Assembly (NCBI GenBank): GCA_036172245.1
Contig: JAYWIR010000079.1
Location: 310,001-355,071, forward strand
Direction of reading: 5' to 3'
Length of the DNA: 45,071 nt
Source of the DNA: Raillietiella orientalis
Taxonomy: Eukaryota
Under the pieces are notes generated by a model. That model had not been told where the DNA came from, did no database searches, and saw only the letters and a list, made by a program, of their open reading frames with translations. Below, one piece after another: positions 13,189 through 25,100 of the stretch. The first letter of the stretch is position 1. Each line of letters starts with the position of its first letter. Both the position numbers and the translations under genes were made by a program.

Positions 13189-15366
13189 CGGCAGGGGGAT
13201 AAATTACTGATTGAAGTAAAGATGAATTTGATGTTGATAATTATTATTTTCCTTCCCGATGAAGAGTGGATCCTGTGCATGCAGTTTTCGCAAAGTGCCC
13301 ATTGAAAGAATTAAGAACACAATTTGGGGAAATCTGATTTCTCTTCCGATAAGAAGAGCAACCATTGTCCTATGCAGAAATTGCAACTCAAATCAACACT
13401 TCGATGCTCCAAAAGTAAAGAAGTTTATACGCATACAAATATAAATTAGTTTACTTAGACTCTGCAGCAGTTCCTGTTTTCTAAATTTGTGGTCGACTGC
13501 AGGCATCGCCCGAATTGCTCTACAAGTATCAGGAATCTTCATCTTCGCTTCCTGTCCATGGTCATTTTACGTCGGTAACAGCAGCAATAGTGCATCTATG
13601 TTAACGGCCTTCCGATTTTCTTCCTTTTCTTATCTCTGAATGTCCTTCGTGTGTTTCTCCCCTTTTTGCAAAGGGAATACAAACGAAGAGAAATCCTTCC
13701 TTTTTGCAATTTTGACCAGTAGTAAGCTCGTTATTGACCATTCTGTGCACTCTGCCGTTAAGGGCCTGCTGCTGCACACACCCTATCTTTGGTGGCAAAT
13801 ATCCTGAGTTGCCACAGTCCGCAGATGGATTTGCAACTTTTAGAGCTTTCTATCTTTCTTCCGCTGCCAACGAATCTGCATCCTTCTCCCTTCTCTTAGT
13901 TCCAAAACAAATGCAGATGAATCTGTGTGTGGTCCAAGTCATTCTTATACTAAACCTCAAGCGTTCATGTATTCTGCGGCTGATTTGCTTTATGGCCGAT
14001 GACTTCCATCGAGTATTGGTCGTGGGTGCGAATTCAGCTGCCGATTCCTTTCTTTAATGGGGAGGATTCGTGCCGCTCACTTCCGTTCCGTATTGTGCAT
14101 GCGAAACGCACAATTTGGGGAGAGACGTCACCCTGCCTTCGAGTTTTGGAAACCATTCTAAGGATCTCTACCCGAAATACGAGGTTTGCTGCGAAGGAGC
14201 AAGCAAAACACGATCAGCATGGGTAATGGTAGAGCGATTGTCGACATTATGGATCCGGGACTCTAAACAAGCCATAAAGATGAAACAAATAAGGTGGATC
14301 ACCAGAAGGTTCGATTGAAATGTGAAGGATGGAATCAGCTGCCAAAATTCTTTCATTCTCACACCTTCCGTGCCTTGTTATGATCCTGCGCATGCAGAAA
14401 CCAAGCAGCGACAAAGGGAATGAAAGCCAGCCAGACCCATCCACTGTTCTTTGCGATAATAAGATCATTGCTCCTAATATAGGACAAAATCATCATTACC
14501 AAGAAAGCGATTTAGATCAACAGATCCTTTGGAATGAAATCTACTTCATTCCCAGGGCAGAGGTCATTACGCAGAAAGCAGAATGGGACGACTCGCCGTA
14601 AAACGGCTTCGCTCAGAACCTACGAGAGCCGCATTTTCGTTATCCTGTTCTCAGCTGCACAGCATCATCCTTTGTGCTAAATTATCAAATTCCACAAGAG
14701 AAGTTGTTCCTTCAGGATATTCAGTATCCAAAATTCTGCCCTTATATCCGGTACGGACCAACGGGCTGGACAGATTCCCGAGAAGAAATCCAAGGACTCT
14801 CGGAGAATCGCAAAAGAACGAATTGGTCAGTCTAAAATCGAAGAGTTTTAAGGTCAAACGTTCATTCAGGTTGAGCCGGGTAGAAGACACTACTGGCATC
14901 ATATCCTGAACTCTCTGGAATCTTCCTGAAGTTTTGGAGTTGCAAATTCTAGCCAAACTCACAGAGCATTAAGCATTCTCAAGTCATGCTAAGATGTAAG
15001 AATGCTGTTGGAACCCGGCGCCAGCTAACATCCCTCAGCACGCCAACAAAAGTGCGGCATATTTTTTCCTGCGTAATCATGAAGAGTTCGTTTAATGAAA
15101 AGGTGGCAAGAAGCTGGACGAACCTGCCTTCAGCTGCTGTCCATCTGATATGGAATATCTTCAAAGCATGACGCTCTTTGAGTTGCGACCGAAAGCTCTG
15201 GACGTCTATGTTGCGTGTCGTCTCGTCTTTGAGTTGCTCGAGGATGTCAAACAGAAAGACAAACATGAGAAAACAGGTTGCCAAGCGGGGAAGAGGGTTC
15301 CAATGCTCGTTCTCATGGAACCGCGTTTCTAGACTGTTCCCTTGACGGCAGAAAATGGCAGTCGGA

Positions 15367-15396
15367 CTAGCCGTTTGCTAATAAGCAAACAGCTAG
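15367..15396. other. 13-bp imperfect hairpin
   Basis: ctagccgtttgct-aata-agcaaacagctag with one mismatch. Smaller dyads follow at about 15402-15452, e.g. cgggtaatcccg. Confidence 0.6.
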
Positions 15397-18300
15397 CCCA
15401 CTTCCGGGGATATCCGAAAACCACCTAATACGGGTAATCCCGAAACACGAAAGAGGAAAGCGAACAAGCAATTGAGTCATCTGCTCTGAAAACTGCGATG
15501 GCCACATCTCCAAGCCCTATCTTCGTCGGGAGACACGAACAATAGGATGTTTATTTGGATCAAATCGTGTTTGGTCGATCTGATAGAACAATAGTTCGAA
15601 GTCTCATCCCTCTGGGCATCAGCCACAGAGTGCTCTCAGACACCCGATGTCTTTTAGGACAAGCGTGAGCTGCCGCTGACGAGTCTTCGGTAACCGCAAC
15701 CAGGAAGAACACACGGAGCAGCCTCAAGCCGGAAATTTGCATCTGTAGGAGAAATCTTGACAGAGAAACGTCTGCAATGTCCCTGAGACCTAACTTGACG
15801 GTGGAACAAGGTGTGGCTGCATCTTTTGCTGAAACAAACGGTCTTCAGCTCGATGCGGAAAATTACTTCTTGAATGGAGAGCATGAAGTTTCCTAAAGTC
15901 CAGAATCAATTGGTTCGCCTCCACAGTCGGTGTCTGCGGACTATGTGATTACAGATTTGGGTTTCTGGGTTCCACGAAACTTCCTCAAGGCAATTGTTTC
16001 GCCTCCAGCGCTGTTGCTGCTTCAGGCCCCTGATAGGAATCCGAAGCGTCTCTTTTAAAACTCTGAATCACGGGAGTGCCCTACGATGAGGCAAGCTTGT
16101 CACAGGCTGCTAAGAGCGTCTCTCGAATAACGATTAAGGTAGGAGATGAGCGGAGAAACTGCCAGCATCAAAGAAGCAAGGTCAAAGGACAAGAAATACT
16201 TGCTCACAGGCTGGCTAATCCAGAGAGGGTGCTCGGTTCCTCCCTTCCATATTTATAAACCATCAGGGACAACTCGACAGAAGCTTTATTCAGAAAAGGC
16301 TCTGCACCTGTAGAGATCGATTTTTTTCCCCTTCCAACCAATCATCTGCATCTCAGCTGAATCAACCGAAATTCGAGGTACTCAAAGACTGTGAATCATG
16401 CTCGCTCCGGCTTAAAGGCCACCCTCAAAAAGCAGTTTCCTCTCAGTTTGCTCTCCCTATTCAGATCAGGGCCAAAGTGGGAGATCCGAGACGATTTAAG
16501 AGAGCCGAAAAATCAAATACTGGTTAGCTTACAAACGGATTAAGGCGACAAAGGGTGCTGCAGCAACATCAAGGGATATTCATTATTCACGGGGCATTTC
16601 TCTATCACAAAGCACTCGCTGTCGTCCCGACCCAGCACTGCTTCTTTTTTGGCAAACGGTGTCTCTGTGATCGGAGGAGGCCATTGACGCGCGTTTGATA
16701 TTTCTGGTACTCGACGAAAGAGGCTTTCTTCAAGGATGCCCGTGGCATGAGCCGGTGTGGCCGGTTGCTGCTGTTTCGCCTGAAGCAGATGCGCTCGCAT
16801 TCCCGGAAGAGGAAAGGGGGAGGAAGAAGGAAGGGTAAGCTTTCCGCCGTCACCCTCTCGAAAGAGACCTAGAATCAAAGATAAAGCGGTTCCGAGCCTG
16901 TGTGGGCGGAGGTGCGTGCGCACAAAGAGGAAAGAAAGAAAGTGCACGTTTGGAATCAGCTCCATTTCTCTGCATGAGATTTTTGGAGATTGCGATTCGG
17001 AGCTCGGAAAAAGAACGGGAGCTTCTGACCGATTCGAAAGTCCGTGGCTGTTCTGCACGCCTCGCAAGCAGGAGGTTCACGCTGACGCAGCAGCTAACGT
17101 TCTTGGAACCGTTCCGCCCGCGAGACTCCTGAGAGGTGGGTGCATTCTGAATGGGCACAAACGGCTCTGCAGGAGTTTCAGATAAGGGGAAGAGAGGTTC
17201 TTCCTTCAAGAACCGAAGGACAAGAGAAACGGAAGAGGGAAGATGGAGAACTCCCATTGCAAACAGAAACCCATCTTTTGAGCAGTTTTTCTTGCACGCA
17301 TTTTTAACCGGCCACGTAACAACAGCAGAAGGCCTCATGACATTCCACGAGAGTTTAAAACCTCTTCATCGTGCAATGTTGAGCAATGCTTTGCAATCAC
17401 GGAAGAGGAGGGCTCTGCAAAGGCACTATCGGGAAGATCTTCCTTGAGGAAGATGAAGACTGCATTTGAGTGTGCAGGCTCTGAAGCAGTTCATTTTTCA
17501 TCCTCCTCCCTCTCATCTCTAGGAGATATAAGCTGAGGCTGCGACTGGAGAGGGATGAGGACCTTACTGTTGGTCTCTTTCAGCAAGAAACATTCTGACT
17601 TGTGAGCAGCAGAGACAACTCACCGTCTCCTTGAGACGACCGCCCAAAGTTCTCTAAATCAACCTTTAACCTTTTTTCCAAGGAGCGACACGGCAAAACG
17701 CGATGATTTTCTGGATAACCGGACTGTTGGTTCCTCCGTCGAATTAGACGCCTGGAAGTGGTGCCCCCCAGGATCAGAAGAATGGGAAAAGAGAAGAGGG
17801 ACAAAGGAGCTCCCGCTCTGCTGTGATTTGCAGCAGCAAGCGAAGCGAAGACGAGAGAGCCTGCATCGGCTTTTCTTGTACTTCCCCCTCACGCAAGGAC
17901 TTGAAACAGTATCGCCAAGTGCTGGTGGCGCCTGAGATAGATGAGGGCGCGGTATGCATATCAAAAAGGCGTATCCTCTATCCCACCTTCCTCAGCTTCC
18001 GCTTTATTCCCATAGCGAGGGCTCGCCTGGACGCTCGCAAAGACGCACACCGATTTACCCACGAGGTGGCAGAGGCTTACTCTGTCACCTGTGCCTTCGA
18101 GGGATGCAGCCTTCCTGAGGCATCGTTGGGCCAACTCTGAGAGCCGCGAGGTGCATTTCTACTGACAGTATGTTTTGGGGGAACTTTTGGCCGCTCAGAA
18201 CCTGTATCCTTCTAGGCACAAAGCCACCGCGGTGTCAAGAAGAGGTGCTTCATGGAACGAGCAGCTAAGAGGCAGGAACAAGAGCTTCCCGAAAAGAGAG

Positions 18301-18433
18301 ATCTCTGCTTGCACCTTTTTTATTGGGAGGCAGTGGCAGAGGTTTCCGAGGTAGCCCTCGACCTTCCTGCCATCTTCCTTCCTCTTGCTGTTTCTTCTTG
18401 ATCCCGGAATGAATCTCTGAATGAGAGGCTCCC

Positions 18434-21400
18434 TCACAGGAACGGCTGGCTGTAATTGAGGTTGAATCCCGCGTTCATCTCTTCCGTGATGATTTCGTCG
18501 TTGGTGCGGATCTGCAGCATGTAGGGACGGACGGTGGCTGAAAGAAAAAGCACCGGCATCACTTTTATCGCTAGAAACGTTTCAAGAAGTTCAGTCCACG
18601 CCCTCCTTTTTTTCGCCTGCTTCTTGCTGTCGTGAGAAGAGGTGGAAGAGGGACGAGGAAGAAAAAAGGGCCACCCAAGAGCAGGAAGAGGAGGAGGAGA
18701 AAGTGGAAGAGGAAAGGAAAGACTGCTCCTACTTCAAACCGCGGCAGCTGCCATCTGACCGGTAATAGGGTTGAGGAAGTTCCCGCAGAAGCTGTTCTGG
18801 GTACAAGAGGGAGGAATAGAAAAGAGTGAAAGAGAAGGAGCAGAAGGAAAGAAAAAACTGCTCTTACTGCAGACCGCGGCGGCTGCCATCTGACCAGTCA
18901 TAGGGTTGAGGAAGTTCCCGCAAAAGCGGTCTTGGGTGCAGGCAGCATTGCTGGAGACCGCTGTCAGAGCGCTCCCGCAAGGGATTCTAAAGAAGTCGTT
19001 CATGCAGGTGGCCACCGCCGAGTTGGATAACGAGGTCATGCTCGTGGCGTCCAAGGAAAAGCCAGAGGTGGCAGTTGCCGGCGACGATTGCAGGCAGAGC
19101 GCGCGGGGGCCAGGAACCCTGCGCACGCAGATGAAGTAGGCCAGGTTCACAGGAAGCACCGACGAAGGGTCGTCGACCCAGCCGAAGGACGTGATAAAGC
19201 CGGATGGCTCGAGGAAGTACTGAAGGCATCCGTCGGGAGCTGAAAGAAGCGGCTGATAGAGAGATCAAAGGATGTGAAGGGGACGGAAACTAGACCATCT
19301 CCCGAAAAACAAAATGTTGCTCCTCGCATGTTCCAAGAGAAACTAAAGAGCGAGAAGAACCACAGACCAAAAACACCTGCTTCAGACCTTGGGAGAAGGT
19401 GACTTTGCGCTGGGAGAGTTAGCTTCGGCTTGGAATGCCCTGTTCACATCTTATGTCTCTCTCCCTACGTTATCTGCACTCTGGCGAAGGAAAAAATGCT
19501 CACGAATGATGTGACCTTGCGAGACTGCAGCCTCAGAGAGACAACCTATCGCGAGAAAACAGAAAAAGGGAAGGAAAATGAAAAATTCAGAAAGAACACC
19601 ACGAACCGAACCCGGAAAACTAACTTTCGCTCCTTCTTCCTCCTCCACCTTTCAGAGATGCAAGCTGATGCTACAGCTGGAACAGAAGTTCTCTCGGCAA
19701 AGAGCACTTTGATATATTCATCATGAAACTGACCCGATACCACATACATACCTACTTATTACTGCCTTGAGAGCAGCAAGACTGGAGAAATTCGCCGACC
19801 CTTCACATCCCTCTTAGAAGAGCAAAGAACGAGCTATTTCAAGACAGGCTCCCTAACCATACAGGACAAAAACATCACCTGCAAGAGATTTCGCTCCGCA
19901 CACGACTGGAGACACTCGATGCGGCCGTGTAGCCAAAGTGAAAGGAGACCACGTCTAAACTCCTTATCCCCTTATCCCTTCATCCTCCTCTATTACCTTG
20001 TAGAGCTGATCCCGCCGCAATCTGTAGTATGCGAATCGTCCACATGCGTTTGATAACGCCGGACAAGGGTCCCAAGGTCGCCGTGATGATGACTTCCGAA
20101 ACATCCGGGCCGGAAGGGACGTACACTAAAAGGATGGAAGGACAAGAAGCCCCGTCCAAACGGGATATCACGGCAGACCCCTCCCTCTCTTTCCCTATCC
20201 CTACAAGCGAGACACGCCAGCGAGTTTCCGGAAATCGTGGAAAACGCTTACACCACGGTTGCGGAAACGGGAAAGGGAGAGAGGGATCACGACGGCTGCT
20301 CACGGTGGTTGTTCGTGTTGGAACCGCATATCAGCGGCAGCGGGTCGCTGGGCGGCTTCCCTCGGGAAGACACGGAGAGCGAATCTGGCTTGCAGATGCC
20401 TTTATCCCGCATTGCCGGGGCCACCACGAAGGGCTGCAGCACCAACCTCTCGTGAAAAAAAGGCGATCATGAAAGGAGTTAGGAATCTTTGTATATTCAG
20501 CAATTTTTCCGTTAAGCTCCGCTAGTGAGCAAGAATCCAATGCTTTCGGCCGCTTTGCTTTCCCAAGACCTGCAGCAGTTAGGAACAAGAAGCCCGTGTG
20601 TTCCCGATTTCGCCTTCGAAGTTGCCGGAGGAAAGGGGTTATGACGGCGACGGAATCGGAAGGATAGCCTCACCCACGGGACCCAGGCATATGCCACCAC
20701 CTGTGCCATTCCGACAAGATTCCTCCTTGCACAGCGGGCACTCGAATGGTGCTCTCAGAGCGTAATCCACCTGCGCAATGCAGCGGTTGTCATGATCGCC
20801 CGCCGCTGTGCACCAAGGGGCGCACCGAAATGGGCACGCGCCCCCCGAGCTTCCATCCTCCAGCTCACCCTTATTCTCCGCATAACCTTCCTTCCCGCAT
20901 ACCTGTACTGGACAACGACCGAGCCGACCTTCTGGACCTTCACCTGGCAAGTGCCTCCAGCCTCCACGACCTCGGGTGTGTTGACAAAGTACGTGTTGTT
21001 GGCTGCGATGGTGCGGTTGCACGTAATGAACACTGGGATCAGGATGAAGGGAACGAAAGGCTGGACCTGCCGGGAGGATGGCGTGCCTCACCTGTGCAAC
21101 AGACGCCGAAACCTAAGGCGCACCTATCCACGAAGTTGCCCTTGCGAACGGCGCAGTCCCGGTGAGAGAGGCAGGTGCCCTGAAGGTCTCCCGCTGGGCA
21201 TTCCTGATGCTGCAGACGCACAATCGCCAGCAGAGAACCTGCGGAAGAGGAAGAGGACCCATGACCGCGGTCAAACCGACTTTCCGTGCCGGAGGCGCAC
21301 AGCGTTCGAAGGCGGCTGCCTGGCAAGAGCAGGCACGGGGTTTGAGCCCCAAGGAAAAGCAAAGGAGGAACGAGATGTGGGGAACCGGTCCCTGCCGGTG

Positions 21401-22126
21401 CCTGTTCAGATGACGCCGCGAAAACCAGAAGAAAGCCTAGGGACCCCTTATCTAGAGGAGGAGCCTATCGGAGTCATGCCGCGCTCGGAGACATTTCGAG
21501 GAGGGTGCGAACGCGTGAGCAACATGCGTGAATCTTCTCTCCTGCATCCCACCATCTCCTGTGCGGAAAGAAATTCACGACGCTGCCCGGAATGAAGAGG
21601 ACAGAGGAAGCAAGCGCTACCCGCCGTCGGGAAACCACCCGCACCGTCGTTCTGCATCCGGTAAACCGTATGCGTTTATCCGTGTGAGGTCGACATGGTC
21701 CCTTGCATCCTTCTACACTGAAAGGTTTCTTCCGATTGGGAAAGAGTCACCCGCACCTGAGTTCGCAGGTGCGAGAGCTTCGAAAAGGAAAGGTGCCATC
21801 GTGCCCGAAAGCGGCGGCGACCTTTTCGGCGCGCTCGCGGAAAAAGATGGCGCCTACCGGAGAAGAAGAGCCGCACCACTTCTCGCAACCTCTCCCTGTC
21901 ATAAGCGTCCCGCCGCCATGCCCTGACGAGCACACGAACGTTCATCTGGGGAAGGTCACCTTCTCGACAGCCCCCGTCCAAACGCCGCCCCGATGAGGAG
22001 GAAAGCCTTACGCGATCTGGGATCGTCGTCTCTCCCTCTTCCGGTGCTGCCGTCGTTCCCGGATTCGCCATGCGACGTGGCTGCCAGGCATAAGAGCGTG
22101 GCGGAGACGAGGATCAGAGGATGCAT
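18434..22126 (-). CDS. Secreted CUB-domain protein of the invertebrate 'signal peptide + GFGVCC Cys-rich module + two CUB-like domains' family, 379 aa. Seven exons: 22126-22012, 21238-21092, 21032-20903, 20446-20304, 20125-19997, 19239-18868, 18537-18434
   Basis: All introns are GT-AG with compatible phases (1,1,2,1,1,1), and the exons sum to 1140 nt with no internal stop. The protein starts with signal-peptide-like MHPLILVSATLLCLAATSHG. Family motifs occur in the expected order: GTCLSHRDC...CALGFGVCC, NNTYFVN...CQVKV...QYR, PLICGSNTNNHLYV, RMWTIRILQI, APDGCLQYF...GFITSF, YFICVRR, DFFRIPCG...DRFCG, NAGFNLNYSQ. Confidence 0.85.
18722..18805 (-). repeat. Intronic duplicate of the exon 6 3' end plus splice donor (copy of 18857-18940, offset 135 bp)
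   Basis: 84-nt ungapped alignment with 11 differences. CTQDRFCGNFLNPMTGQMAAAAVC|gtaag corresponds to CTQNSFCGNFLNPITGQMAAAAV*|gtagg. Confidence 0.9.
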
Positions 22127-25100
22127 ACTCTTGCGGAGGAGGAGAGCGGTAGGCGGATCAGTAGCGGAACCTTCCCCGAGCACGGGCAGAATGCTTCTAG
22201 CGGAAGGTGCCTGGCCCTAGTAACCCGTATATATGCGGTGGCTGCTCCTCCAGCTAACGGTCGATTCTTCTCCGAGATCTCCGGAAAGGCGTGCGAGATT
22301 TCCCCGTCTTCCCGTTGTTTTCTTTTTGCTTTGCGCGTGTGCGCTTCTGTTTTTTGCATTTCGTTCCTACTGTTCCCAATCTACTCCTCCCCTTTCGTCT
22401 CCTGCTTTCGATCTGCTCGATTGCTTTTCATCGGTTTACGCGCGCGTTGAAAACACCCTCCGCGATCCGTCGCGAGCTGCCGCGATTTCCCGGCATACGC
22501 GCCTCCGAGCCGCCATCGGGCCGACCTCTGTTGGAGCAGCGCGAAACCAACAGCCGGCGAGGCCGAAAAGAGGAGCTCGGGAGCGGAAGTCAAAGAGGGG
22601 TAGGAGCGCTCGTACGTTCGCGGTGAGCATGCGCAGGGAGGCTGTCTGCATCCATCAGGATTTCGATCCCTCTTTGGCAGGGCGCGTGGGACAACCACGC
22701 TCTTCCTGAACCGTAGCGACTGCCCGCTACTCCCGAGCAACGGAGAAGGTCGCTTTCCTCATCGCGAGCGGTGGCGAAAGAGTGCATCGTGTTGGTTGAA
22801 GGATCACCAAACGTAGGTGTTGGGATCGTAGGCTTGTTCTTTGCGCGATTCGACCTCCTCGTTGCGGATTTTTCCGCCACGGACGCTCACGACATTTCGG
22901 CCTGCAGTTTCAGCCACTTCTTTCTACCGATTATCGTGCTTGTTGGCGAAAGCGGGTGCTGTGAGACACGCATCCCGTGAAAAGCACTTTCGTCCGATCC
23001 CCAGAAAAGCCATCGCTGTCAAGAATGGTTGCTACGCTGCTCGGAAGTTTTCAGCAAGGCTGCTTCTTTCTCGATGGAAAGAGCAGGCAGCCAGAGGCGA
23101 AGAGCAGCCGCCCGGCGATGATGATGCGCGGTACCAAGGGTGCACGAACATTCCCAGCGGAACACGCGCACGTAGAAAGGTACGACATCCGAGATAGCGA
23201 ATCTGCTCGTTCTTGGGGATGCAGCCTGGTTGCGAGATGGCGAAGAAAAGTGCCAATCTTGAGATGCGTACCTCCACCGCAATGGAACAGGATCTTCCGG
23301 ACAGATTCGAAAACGCACCGATACTCACATCCAGCATCCGCGGTTGCAACACCAGAAGGGCTCGCAAAGAAAAGGCAGCGCCTGTGGAGGAACCTCCTCC
23401 CATTCTGGAAATCACATCCCGAATTCCGGAAATATTTCCAGCATATCAGTCTGGCGTCCCGCAGCGCCAACGCGCACTTTGAGCAACACACAGGATTACG
23501 GGGCGAAACCTCAGCAATGCCTTGGTAGCCGCCTGGCCGACAGCATCGGAGACGCCAGGGCACGGAGGTGCGAGACCAGAAGAAGAAGGAGTTTCCCGCC
23601 GTGCCCCAGGAGGAAGTGCAGCTGCGTCCAGCATTCGTGCAAGCAAAGGCACCGACGATGGCAGCAAAGGCGACCCATCGTACGGCGTCTTCCCATCCAC
23701 CAACCGTCGAAAGCGGACCGAGCATAACCGACGCCTACCACGTAGCCAAGTGCTCTGTGATGAAAAAGCGAGGTCTCCGTCCCATCCAGAGATAAAAGGT
23801 CGTTTTGATCTTTCCTTGGCGATCTGCAAGCAGCACGACGGCTGCGATTCCCGTTAGAAGCGCCTGTTCGCAGCCATACCTGCAGCCTTGTCCGAGAAAA
23901 CGGCAACCGGAATGTATTTCGCGCGAAAGCTAGCGACCGTGACGCACGGGAACCTCGTTTCCCATTCCTACTTTGGCTCGGATTCGAAAGAGAGAAGAAG
24001 AAAAAAAAAACGCCTAGTGGGTCTCCCGCGAACGGATGTCCTCCGCAGGGAACGGACCTCCGCGAAATCGCTTCTGAGATCGGCCCGCCGGCTGCTGCGA
24101 GGGAAGAAGCATCCCCGCGAAGGGCAACTTTCATCCCGGAGGGAGCGACGTCGCCTAAGAGGTGCGGGTCGCCCAACCGAATGCGGTTGTACGACTGCTT
24201 TCTCGCAGCCGGCATGCACGATGGACGGCAACCTGTGGCAGAGGAAGACGGAAGAAGGAGACGGAAAGAAAGGAATCCAGTAAGTAAGACCGTAAGACCT
24301 TCCGGCGGAAGGCACGAGGTACGCGCGACAGCAAGTATCGGAACCCACGGAACACCCCTCCCCAACATACAAAATACATCCACAAATAGGCGAGCCTGAG
24401 GCGCGGGCGTTCCTGCGAGTCTGGTGGACGCCTCCCGCGCAACAAGAGGCGCGCGTCGATTGGTGCAGCATCGCCGGTGGCAGAAGAAGAAGAAGCTCCT
24501 CTTTCGCCGCGGTCCGTCCAGACGGCGGTAGATGGTACGTGTACGTGCATGCGCGCACCCCGGTCGTCGCCACCCGCATCCAGCGACAGCTGGCATGCTC
24601 TCTGCCGCACGCCCTTAACTAAGCGCCTCTCTCCAGAAGGGGAGTCTCCTTGCGTTCCCCATCCCTTCGAGAAGCATCCGGCTGGCTGGAGGGCGTCTGC
24701 CTAAAGGCGCTTTTGTCCCTCGCTGATGATGAGAGGACACCGTCCGTTGGTTGTCCCGGACAGCAAGATGCTGGTGCTTTCCAGGGTTGCAGCGCGGGAA
24801 GGAAGCGGCAGCGCTTACCGCGTTCATCTCGGCATCCGCCGCGACCCGTCCGTGCAGCGCGCGCTCCGCCTCCGACTGTTCCCCCCCTATTTCACCCTGC
24901 TGCCTCCATCCCGTATCGCACGCGGCGAAAGCACCAAAAGAAACCCGCCCGCCGTGGAGAGATCGGCTGCTTATTCGGCTGTTCCTCGCGTCGTGCCTGA
25001 TGCTACCCGCCACCTTCGGATAGCAGGTCATCCGCTTGCGACCTGGTCACCCCTCGCAAAGAGGGCAATTTCACGTCCCTTGTTGCGGAATTCCCGGTGC

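Noticed and set aside
13198..13255. Functional tRNA-Val
   Set aside because: There is no intact TAC anticodon arm or cloverleaf. It is kept only as a possible remnant within the NUMT finding.
17277..17447. Cytochrome P450 I-helix-like HAFLTGHVTTAEG
   Set aside because: The acidic residue before TT is missing, and I found no ExxR, PERF or heme-Cys motif nearby.
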